NCBI GenBank assembly: GCA_044892525.1
Contig: CM097885.1
Location: 13,580,001-13,644,000 of the forward strand
From: Schmidtea polychroa
Taxonomy: Eukaryota
DNA length: 64,000 nucleotides
Direction of reading: 5' to 3'
Shown one piece after another: positions 1 through 10,200 of this stretch. Both the position numbers and the translations under genes were made by a program. Position 1 is the first letter of the stretch. Each line of letters opens with the position of its first letter. Below the pieces are notes generated by a model. It saw only the letters and a program-made list of their open reading frames with translations, had not been told where the DNA came from and did not search any database.

Positions 1-1407
1 ATTATCGATTTTTAAAGATTCAATCAACTTAATAATTGAAGATGATTTTGAGTCAGGATTCTCAACAAACATAATCTCTTTAAGAGAAGGATAAGATGAG
101 TAGAGAGTTTTCATCTGGGTACGAGATAGTTCGGAAAATGTTGATGATGTGAAATCGTTATTTATCTTGGATGTTATATTTGGGTTTGTCAAATCTAACA
201 ATATAAACTCACCCTTTTGATATTTAATTTTTGATTTAACCAGATAATTTGGGAGCTTTTCTTGTTTAATCAAAGAAGAAATGATTTTATTAATTTTATT
301 TTCTCTATGATTACAGTCTGTAATAGAAACTGTTTCAGAAAGCTCAGGCGAAAGGTTAAATAAAAATCTTTTAATTGCAGTTGGTGCTGCTATATAATTA
401 GAAAAATTAGGAAAAGTCTTTACAATATTATGTTCAGACAGAAAAAGTTTCTTTTTATAAGAGACAGGTTTAACGGTTGAGTTTTCATTTAAAAAACTAT
501 CTATATAAAACTCAACACAGAAATTAAAATTCCTATAAAAAAAACATTTAAAATTATCTAAGCCTATAGGATTGGCATTAAATTCCTCCCCAGATAAAAA
601 TTTATTTAATTTTAAATATTTATTCTTTGATTCCTTAATTTTAGTTAAAGGAATCAAAGTTGGAAACTTATCATAGAGCTGTTTTCGCTCTTTTTTTGTT
701 AAAATACGAATAAAAGTCTTAAAATCAAAACTTTTATTACTTATTTTCGGTTTGGAAACCAACACTTTAGGATTGTCAAAACGTGTATTATTATTTATTG
801 AAATTTTAATATTATCGAAATTTTGACTATCCTTATTTAAATCGTTATTCACATTAATATTAAGATTTTTATCAGAAAGCGAATTATTAACATTACAAGA
901 ATTTTTATTTAAAGGAAATTTATCAAACTCTATATTAAAATCCTTATTGACATTTGATGAATTATTAAAATTACAATTATCTAAATTTGAAATTTCATTA
1001 ATTTTATTATCTTTAAAATGGAAAAAATCTTTATTTAAAGAAAATTTATCAAAATTATTTAAATTATTAAAGAAACTCTCAAAATTTAAAGATAAACACT
1101 CTAACCTTTCAAGCATCTTTGAGAATGAAATCTCCATTGAATCCAAACGTTTCTCGAAATTCTGAAACTGATTTTCCGGCTTGTTTGGAAGGACATTGAT
1201 CATTGAATTCTCCATGGAAGGCATATTAAATCCAGCTTTGAATTGACTGAAGAAATCCAAAAGAGCCTGATTTGATTGCAATTGAAATTGGAATAATTTC
1301 TGAAGTTTCTTCATATCAATTGCATAATTACATAATCCTTCTGCAGTCGTTGATTGAACTCCAGTGTGCATATCTTGTTGATGCATTGCATAAGGCGATT
1401 GCATCAT
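1..1407 (-). CDS. Retrotransposon ORF1, N-terminal part (runs off the window)
   Basis: ATGATG (MMQSP...) at 1407 is in frame with the MENSM codon at 1215. No net indel against copy 4 ORF1. Absent from the ORF track, presumably because its stop lies outside the window. Confidence 0.8.
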   Translation of the reverse strand, partial: MMQSPYAMHQQDMHTGVQSTTAEGLCNYAIDMKKLQKLFQFQLQSNQALLDFFSQFKAGFNMPSMENSMINVLPNKPENQFQNFEKRLDSMEISFSKMLERLECLSLNFESFFNNLNNFDKFSLNKDFFHFKDNKINEISNLDNCNFNNSSNVNKDFNIEFDKFPLNKNSCNVNNSLSDKNLNINVNNDLNKDSQNFDNIKISINNNTRFDNPKVLVSKPKISNKSFDFKTFIRILTKKERKQLYDKFPTLIPLTKIKESKNKYLKLNKFLSGEEFNANPIGLDNFKCFFYRNFNFCVEFYIDSFLNENSTVKPVSYKKKLFLSEHNIVKTFPNFSNYIAAPTAIKRFLFNLSPELSETVSITDCNHRENKINKIISSLIKQEKLPNYLVKSKIKYQKGEFILLDLTNPNITSKINNDFTSSTFSELSRTQMKTLYSSYPSLKEIMFVENPDSKSSSIIKLIESLKIDN

Positions 1408-1413
1408 CTTGTT
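1..1413 (-). mobile_element. tRNA-Arg-targeting non-LTR retrotransposon, copy 1 (5' part; continues off the left window edge)
   Basis: Collinear with 47704-48924 (offset 47703) and with ORF1 of the full-length copy. Its 5' end, lacking about 13 nt, is joined to tRNA nt 1-58 at 1414. Confidence 0.93.
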
Positions 1414-1659
1414 TCGAACCCACAACCTCCGGATTAGAAGTCCGACGCGCTATCCATTGCGCCACTGAGACTCTAAAGAAATCCACTCACTTCACTTTAT
1501 CTACATTGGCATTTAAAAAATTGTCAATTTGACTCTTGTCAAGTCAAAACAAATTTCTCATGCTTTTGATATTCTTGATAGATTTCGTATGATTGCATTA
1601 GAAATTGCTTTGACGATTTTTCGTTGTTGAAAACAAAATTTTGTCAAAGACAATTCTGT

Positions 1660-1664
1660 AAAAA
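1660..1664 (-). terminator. RNA polymerase III T5 terminator (present after every complete tRNA copy)
   Basis: TTTTT on the minus strand, 2 nt downstream of the discriminator base. Confidence 0.8.
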
Positions 1665-1666
1665 TG

Positions 1667-1739
1667 CATCTCAGGTGGGACTCGAACCCACAACCTCCGG
1701 ATTAGAAGTCCGACGCGCTATCCATTGCGCCACTGAGAC
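1667..1739 (-). tRNA. trnR-UCU: tRNA-Arg(UCU), intronless (representative copy of the array)
   Basis: Minus strand GTCTCAGTGGCGCAATGGATAGCGCGTCGGACTTCTAATCCGGAGGTTGTGGGTTCGAGTCCCACCTGAGATG, 73 nt. Acceptor stem GTCTCAG/CTGAGAT, anticodon loop CT-TCT-AA, A box TGGCGCAATGG, B box GGTTCGAGTCC, followed by CATTTTT. Confidence 0.97.
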
Positions 1740-3009
1740 TCTAAAGAAATCCACTCACTTCACTTTATCTACATTGGCATTTAAAAAATTGTCAATTTGA
1801 CTCTTGTCAAGTCAAAACAAATTTCTCATGCTTTTGATATTCTTGATAGATTTCGTATGATTGCATTAGAAATTGCTTTGACGATTTTTCGTTGTTGAAA
1901 ACAAAATTTTGTCAAAGACAATTCTGTAAAAATGCATCTCAGGTGGGACTCGAACCCACAACCTCCGGATTAGAAGTCCGACGCGCTATCCATTGCGCCA
2001 CTGAGACTCTAAAGAAATCCACTCACTTCACTTTATCTACATTGGCATTTAAAAAATTGTCAATTTGACTCTTGTCAAGTCAAAACAAATTTCTCATGCT
2101 TTTGATATTCTTGATAGATTTCGTATGATTGCATTAGAAATTGCTTTGACGATTTTTCGTTGTTGAAAACAAAATTTTGTCAAAGACAATTCTGTAAAAA
2201 TGCATCTCAGGTGGGACTCGAACCCACAACCTCCGGATTAGAAGTCCGACGCGCTATCCATTGCGCCACTGAGACTCTAAAGAAATCCACTCACTTCACT
2301 TTATCTACATTGGCATTTAAAAAATTGTCAATTTGACTCTTGTCAAGTCAAAACAAATTTCTCATGCTTTTGATATTCTTGATAGATTTCGTATGATTGC
2401 ATTAGAAATTGCTTTGACGATTTTTCGTTGTTGAAAACAAAATTTTGTCAAAGACAATTCTGTAAAAATGCATCTCAGGTGGGACTCGAACCCACAACCT
2501 CCGGATTAGAAGTCCGACGCGCTATCCATTGCGCCACTGAGACTCTAAAGAAATCCACTCACTTCACTTTATCTACATTGGCATTTAAAAAATTGTCAAT
2601 TTGACTCTTGTCAAGTCAAAACAAATTTCTCATGCTTTTGATATTCTTGATAGATTTCGTATGATTGCATTAGAAATTGCTTTGACGATTTTTCGTTGTT
2701 GAAAACAAAATTTTGTCAAAGACAATTCTGTAAAAATGCATCTCAGGTGGGACTCGAACCCACAACCTCCGGATTAGAAGTCCGACGCGCTATCCATTGC
2801 GCCACTGAGACTCTAAAGAAATCCACTCACTTCACTTTATCTACATTGGAATTTAAAAAATTGTCAATTTGACTCTTGTCAAGTCAAAACAAATTTCTCA
2901 TGCTTTTGATATTCTTGATAGATTTCGTATGATTGCATTAGAAATTGCTTTGACGATTTTTCGTTGTTGAAAACAAAATTTTGTCAAAGACAATTCTGTA
3001 AAAATGCAT

Positions 3010-4250
3010 TACTTTTCCAATTATTTATGACATGCCAAGCTATGACCAATCGTCGACTGACAGTACTTCTTATACAGTTTGCTTGATAAAATATATATAT
3101 ATATAAATTATAGCATCATGTATCATCCATAATCATCTTAAATATTATCATTATATTATTATTTAATTCATTTAAAAATTATTGATAAATGAATTAAATA
3201 TTAAATTAAATTAAAAATTATTATTATTATTATTATTATTTACAAAAATATTATTATTTAAATTAACATTCATGATTGCAGTTAGCAACCATGAATGCTA
3301 ACAAAGACATCATGTGTTTAATGCGTGATCAGCGCATAAAGACAATGATTAATGACAAAGACAGTGCATGATCAGTGCATGTCTCATAAAGAAACATAAT
3401 GAAATTAAAATTCCTATAGAAAAAAGATTTAAAATTATCTAAACCTAAAGGATTGGCATTTAATTCCTCCCCAGATAAAAATTTATTTAATTTTAAGTAT
3501 TTATTCTTTGATTCCTTAATTTTAGTTAAAGGAATCAAATTTGGAAACTTATTATAGAGCTGTTTTCGCTCTTTTTTTTAGTTAAAATACGAATATAAGT
3601 TTTAAAATCAAATATTTTATTACTTATTTTCGGTTTGGAAATAAAAACTTTAGGATTTACAGAACTTTTATTATTGTTTATTGAAATTTTAAAATTTTCG
3701 AAATTTTGACTATCGATATTAAAATCGTTATTAACATTAATATTGAGAATTTTATCACAAGTCGAATTATTAACATTACAATTATCTATATTTACAATTT
3801 CATTAGCTTTAGAATTTTTATTTAAAGAAAATTTATCAAAATTATTTAAATTATTAGAGAAATTTTCAAAATTTAAAGATAAACATTCTAACCGTTCGAA
3901 CATCTTTGAAAATAAAATCTCCATTGAATCCAAACGTTTCTCGAAATTCTGAAACTGATTGTCTGGCTTGTTTGGAAGGACATTGTTCATCGAATGATTC
4001 TCCATGGAAGTCATATTAATTCCAGCTTTGAATTGATCGAAAAAGTCCAAAATAGCTTGAGTTGATTGCAATTGATATTGGAATAATTTCTGAAATTTCT
4101 TCATACCAATTGCATTATTACACAATACATCTGCAGTCATTAATTGAACTTCAGTGTGCATATCTTGTTGATGCATTGCGTCAGGCGATGGCGTCATCTT
4201 GTTCATTTGATATTCTTGATAGATTTCATATGATTGCTTTAGAAATTGCT
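3010..4250 (-). repeat. Partial third copy of the 6.4-kb cassette (its right-hand 1.24 kb)
   Basis: Near-identical to about 31057-32297 and 37456-38696, with the same 249-aa and 69-aa ORFs. Confidence 0.92.
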
Positions 4251-4284
4251 TCCATTGCGCCACTGAGACTCTAAAGAAATCCAC
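3535..4284 (-). pseudogene. Diverged, frameshifted and truncated ORF1 of a sister subfamily, fused to tRNA nt 1-19 and spacer sequence
   Basis: The 249-aa ORF matches the ORF1 N-terminus (PDAMHQQDMH...NFEKRLD). A frameshift in an A-run continues it as the 69-aa ORF 3329-3538 (IPLTKIKESKNKYLKL). Confidence 0.85.
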
Positions 4285-6930
4285 TCACTTCACTTTATCT
4301 ACATTGGCATTTAAAAAATTGTCAATTTGACTCTTGTCAAGTCAAAACAAATTTCTCATGCTTTTGATATTCTTGATAGATTTCGTATGATTGCATTAGA
4401 AATTGCTTTGACGATTTTTCGTTGTTGAAAACAAAATTTTGTCAAAGACAATTCTGTAAAAATGCATCTCAGGTGGGACTCGAACCCACAACCTCCGGAT
4501 TAGAAGTCCGACGCGCTATCCATTGCGCCACTGAGACTCTAAAGAAATCCACTCACTTCACTTTATCTACATTGGCATTTAAAAAATTGTCAATTTGACT
4601 CTTGTCAAGTCAAAACAAATTTCTCATGCTTTTGATATTCTTGATAGATTTCGTATGATTGCATTAGAAATTGCTTTGACGATTTTTCGTTGTTGAAAAC
4701 AAAATTTTGTCAAAGACAATTCTGTAAAAATGCATCTCAGGTGGGACTCGAACCCACAACCTCCGGATTAGAAGTCCGACGCGCTATCCATTGCGCCACT
4801 GAGACTCTAAAGAAATCCACTCACTTCACTTTATCTACATTGGCATTTAAAAAATTGTCAATTTGACTCTTGTCAAGTCAAAACAAATTTCTCATGCTTT
4901 TGATATTCTTGATAGATTTCGTATGATTGCATTAGAAATTGCTTTGACGATTTTTCGTTGTTGAAAACAAAATTTTGTCAAAGACAATTCTGTAAAAATG
5001 CATCTCAGGTGGGACTCGAACCCACAACCTCCGGATTAGAAGTCCGACGCGCTATCCATTGCGCCACTGAGACTCTAAAGAAATCCACTCACTTCACTTT
5101 ATCTACATTGGCATTTAAAAAATTGTCAATTTGACTCTTGTCAAGTCAAAACAAATTTCTCATGCTTTTGATATTCTTGATAGATTTCGTATGATTGCAT
5201 TAGAAATTGCTTTGACGATTTTTCGTTGTTGAAAACAAAATTTTGTCAAAGACAATTCTGTAAAAATGCATCTCAGGTGGGACTCGAACCCACAACCTCC
5301 GGATTAGAAGTCCGACGCGCTATCCATTGCGCCACTGAGACTCTAAAGAAATCCACTCACTTCACTTTATCTACATTGGCATTTAAAAAATTGTCAATTT
5401 GACTCTTGTCAAGTCAAAACAAATTTCTCATGCTTTTGATATTCTTGATAGATTTCGTATGATTGCATTAGAAATTGCTTTGACGATTTTTCGTTGTTGA
5501 AAACAAAATTTTGTCAAAGACAATTCTGTAAAAATGCATCTCAGGTGGGACTCGAACCCACAACCTCCGGATTAGAAGTCCGACGCGCTATCCATTGCGC
5601 CACTGAGACTCTAAAGAAATCCACTCACTTCACTTTATCTACATTGGCATTTAAAAAATTGTCAATTTGACTCTTGTCAAGTCAAAACAAATTTCTCATG
5701 CTTTTGATATTCTTGATAGATTTCGTATGATTGCATTAGAAATTGCTTTGACGATTTTTCGTTGTTGAAAACAAAATTTTGTCAAAGACAATTCTGTAAA
5801 AATGCATCTCAGGTGGGACTCGAACCCACAACCTCCGGATTAGAAGTCCGACGCGCTATCCATTGCGCCACTGAGACTCTAAAGAAATCCACTCACTTCA
5901 CTTTATCTACATTGGAATTTAAAAAATTGTCAATTTGACTCTTGTCAAGTCAAAACAAATTTCTCATGCTTTTGATATTCTTGATAGATTTCGTATGATT
6001 GCATTAGAAATTGCTTTGACGATTTTTCGTTGTTGAAAACAAAATTTTGTCAAAGACAATTCTGTAAAAATGCATCTCAGGTGGGACTCGAACCCACAAC
6101 CTCCGGATTAGAAGTCCGATGCGCTATCCATTGCGCCACTGAGACTCTAAAGAAATCCACTCACTTCACTTTATCTACATTGGCATTTAAAAAATTGTCA
6201 ATTTGACTCTTGTCAAGTCAAAACAAATTTCTCATGCTTTTGATATTCTTGATAGATTTCGTATGATTGCATTAGAAATTGCTTTGACGATTTTTCGTTG
6301 TTGAAAACAAAATTTTGTCAAAGACAATTCTGTAAAAATGCATCTCAGGTGGGACTCGAACCCACAACCTCCGGATTAGAAGTCCGACGCGCTATCCATT
6401 GCGCCACTGAGACTCTAAAGAAATCCACTCACTTCACTTTATCTACATTGGCATTTAAAAAATTGTCAATTTGACTCTTGTCAAGTCAAAACAAATTTCT
6501 CATGCTTTTGATATTCTTGATAGATTTCGTATGATTGCATTAGAAATTGCTTTGACGATTTTTCGTTGTTGAAAACAAAATTTTGTCAAAGACAATTCTG
6601 TAAAAATGCATCTCAGGTGGGACTCGAACCCACAACCTCCGGATTAGAAGTCCGACGCGCTATCCATTGCGCCACTGAGACTCTAAAGAAATCCACTCAC
6701 TTCACTTTATCTACATTGGCATTTAAAAAATTGTCAATTTGACTCTTGTCAAGTCAAAACAAATTTCTCATGCTTTTGATATTCTTGATAGATTTCGTAT
6801 GATTGCATTAGAAATTGCTTTGACGATTTTTCGTTGTTGAAAACAAAATTTTGTCAAAGACAATTCTGTAAAAATGCATCTCAGGTGGGACTCGAACCCA
6901 CAACCTCCGGATTAGAAGTCCGACGCGCTA
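4251..6930 (-). tRNA. trnR-UCU: tRNA-Arg(UCU) tandem array block B: 9 complete genes plus interrupted ends
   Basis: Complete genes from 4465 every 268 bp to 6609. Fragment nt 1-19 at 4251-4269 and fragment nt 20-73 at 6877-6930. Confidence 0.96.
6911..6930. repeat. 20-bp target-site duplication, left copy (partner at 14418-14437)
   Basis: attagaagtccgacgcgcta (tRNA nt 20-39) flanks both ends of the element. Confidence 0.92.
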
Positions 6931-7279
6931 ATTAAACATTTATTAAATATAACAAATTTGAATATTGTTTTTAACAGATAATCAGCTCTACATGGAGTTG
7001 TCCATAAGCAAATATTCACATATTAACTTCATCTGCTGGAATCTCTGATCACTCTCATCGGATTTCATCATCCGGCATTGCGACTTGTCTTTGGTAGATT
7101 GAAGATCTAAATTCTTAAATTTGCTTTGTCGCAGAATATTTATCTCGAAAAAATGAAAGTTTCTTTAATAATTAGTTTATTTTTTTTAATGAAATTTAAA
7201 TTTGGTTTGTTTTAATAATCAAATTAATAAAAGTTTTAAATTTAATTATTTTCCTATGTTGAAAACCAATTTATTTTAA

Positions 7280-10200
7280 TTATTCAAAGTTTGGAAGCTT
7301 TCCATTACAATGAAAATACCAAATCTTTGCCGAATGTGCAATGTTACTTATTGCACATTCCTTCATCAAACCTTTGATTTTTGTTTGTGGAATTCCCATT
7401 TTTAATAAAAGATCAGAAGTTTTTGGTTCAATTGATCCCAAGGAACCCATGATGCATGTGAACAATTCAACTTTGTAATCAGGTTTAACTGTTTGTATAT
7501 CTGTTTTTAATTTATCATATTTTTCCATATTTAATTTGTCGACTCGCTCAAAATTAATTACAGAATCAATTGGACATTTCATGTCTACTAGTAAAATCGT
7601 TTTTCTCTCGGTATTGGTTATTAAAAGATCAACCCGTTCGTTGGAATTCGGTACAAGAGAACATTTATGATCAGTGACAACCAAGAGTTCAGGATTTTTA
7701 AGTGCATCTTTAATTTTTTCCAAGCAAGCATTATGTCTATTAGTTGCTAATGATTGATTGATTCTACAAGTTTGGAGTACATGTAAAATTGTCTCATCTT
7801 CAGATTTACACCTACGACAAAGGCGGTCTTCGCCAGTTTTATGTGGCTTTGCAAATGTAGAGAGTGTATTTGTTCGAGCTCGATGAATGAAATTCCATTC
7901 AAAGTCTGTCAAGTCACTACGAAAGATTAGTTTGTTGACAAATGGACAAAGTTTGAGAGCAGATACAATTAGATTACTTTGATTACTCTTCTCCCACTTT
8001 TCGAGATACGAATCTTGAAGAGCAGAATGGAGAATCTTTGATAATGCTTTTCTTAATTTTGGTAATAATATGCGAGTGCCAGTTAATGAAGTAGTGAGCC
8101 GAATCGAAGGATTTTGTTTGAAAGTTTCGAACGAAATTTTAATGTTGTGAACTCGATTGAAATATGCAATTGATGCACGCAATCGGTAGAAGCGAGTTTT
8201 ACTACCACTATGATTTAATTTGCTTTCTTTTCCATTAACCCATTCCAAGCTTTGACTGAGAGTTGGTTCTTTGATTCCGAGTCTTGGACTTGTCACAGAC
8301 AAGAGTGAAAAAGTGTTTATCTTTTTTGAATAGTCGCAAGTTGATGTTAGTAAACGGAAGAAGTAAACAATCGACTGTGTGTGATACTCATCAAGAAGGT
8401 CAATACAGCCAGCTCCACCATTTTCAGTGGCATTATAGAAATAACTTATTTCAGAGTGGTTTGGTAAATTTAATATTTTCCTCAAATGGCTCCTCAATTG
8501 GCTAGTACTATTTACATTTATCCTTGAGTTACTACTAGGAGATGTTAATGAACTAGTTTTAATTTCCCTAGTTCTAAATGGGAAAATAAGGCGCGAATGC
8601 AGGAAGATTTTATAAGCTTTGAGCTTTTGCCAACCATAGAGATCAGAGTTAGCAATCTTTTTAGTATCTTCAATGACTTGGCTGACGATTTCATAGGGAC
8701 TTTGATCATTATTATCACCTATTGGCACTCCTAAGTATTGGTAAAATTCATTACCAGCAAGTTTTTTAATTAAATCATTGTTGACAACGATTTCACTGAC
8801 CGTTTCTAGTTTTGGGTATTGTATATATGCACATTTTTCAGGGCGATATTCAAATCCAATATTATTGGCAGTTTTTACAGCTACGCCAATTAGCTTTTGG
8901 AGGTCAGTTGAGCTAGTTGCAATAAGTGCAATGTCATCAGCATAAGCTAACACTTGTACTTGAGAAGAGCCTATCATAAAAGGTGTAATGTTAGATGCGG
9001 TAATAGCTTCAAGAACCGGATTAATAGCTATTGCAAACAGAATCATAGAGATCGGGCAGCCTTGTTTTACACCTTTCTTTATTGGAATATTTGGTGTCTG
9101 CATTTTGTTACAGCGATAAAAAGAGCTCGTATCTGTATAAAGTAATTTCAGGATATTCACAAAGTTTTCACCAACGTTCATATGTCTTAACAATGTCCAC
9201 ATGTATTCGTGTGGAACACTTCCGAAAGCGTCTTTGATGTCAAGCCATGCTATTGCTAAAGGTGAAGATTTACTATATTTTGAATGCTCGACAATCGCAG
9301 AGAGAATTGAGTTGTGTTCAATACATCCTTCGTATTCTGAACCACCCTTTTGGCCAATATGCAGCAGATTATTTTCTTTAATCCATGAACTAAGGCGAGT
9401 TGCAAGAACTGAAGCGAAAACTTTGTAAATCACTGACAGTAATGCGATTGGTCGCCATGAAGATATTTTATGGTATTGGTCATTTTTATCAGGTTTCGGA
9501 ATTAATATTGTTTTAAAAGTTTTCCAACTTGTAGGGATAGATTTCAGTTGAATGACTTTGTTGAAAAGTAACGCTAGAAGCTTACAATCTGGATCAAGTA
9601 ACAGAAGATCTTTATAATATACATTATCAAGTCCGGGCGTAGAATTATCAGCTTCCTGAAGATTGGAAAGAATTTCCATTGGCGTAGTAATTTCTAATTC
9701 AAGTAAGCTTTTCGAGATTTTACTAAAGTTTAAAACGTTGTTCCAACTTCCAGGTAAAGTATCTTGATGAGTGAAAGTGTTTATAATTTCCTGAAATGGT
9801 GGTTCAGCTTTTTCGCTCTGATTACCTAAAATTCTGTTTACAGTCTTTTTCATATTTTTCAGAAATTCAGTAGAATTGTTGAATTTTTTAGGTTTATTGT
9901 GATTTTTCCCAAGATATGGCTCTCGAAATTCTTGATCCTGCAAATTTTCTAGATGAGGAATATTTGCCAGAATAGTAGAGATAATTTCATCAACATTAGA
10001 GTTAGACAATGTAGTTAAAAGCTCATCAATTCTATCTTTGCGTTGCTTCAAAGTTAGTTTCAAAGAATTAGCAATTTTCAATTTTCCACGTCTCTCAATT
10101 TTGACAATGTCATTATTATCAACTATTGGAACTAGAGAGTTGATTATTTCAGAAATTTCAGTCAAGTTAATATTTTCAAGAGATTTATCTTGAGTGTAGT

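Larger units (their letters stand above)
1414..3009 (-). tRNA. trnR-UCU: tRNA-Arg(UCU) tandem array block A: 5 complete genes plus one 5' fragment
   Basis: 268-bp period. Complete 73-nt genes have left coordinates 1667, 1935, 2203, 2471 and 2739. Fragment nt 1-58 lies at 1414-1471. Confidence 0.96.

Noticed and set aside
1667..1934. The 268-bp unit as a tRNA-derived SINE
   Set aside because: Perfect cloverleaf with an immediate T5 terminator, no tail or TSD, no similarity to the element 3' UTR, and strictly tandem arrangement.
7040..7085. Hammerhead-like GATGA…GAAA motif in the 3' UTR
   Set aside because: No CUGANGA core, and the bases are not conserved in copy 4.
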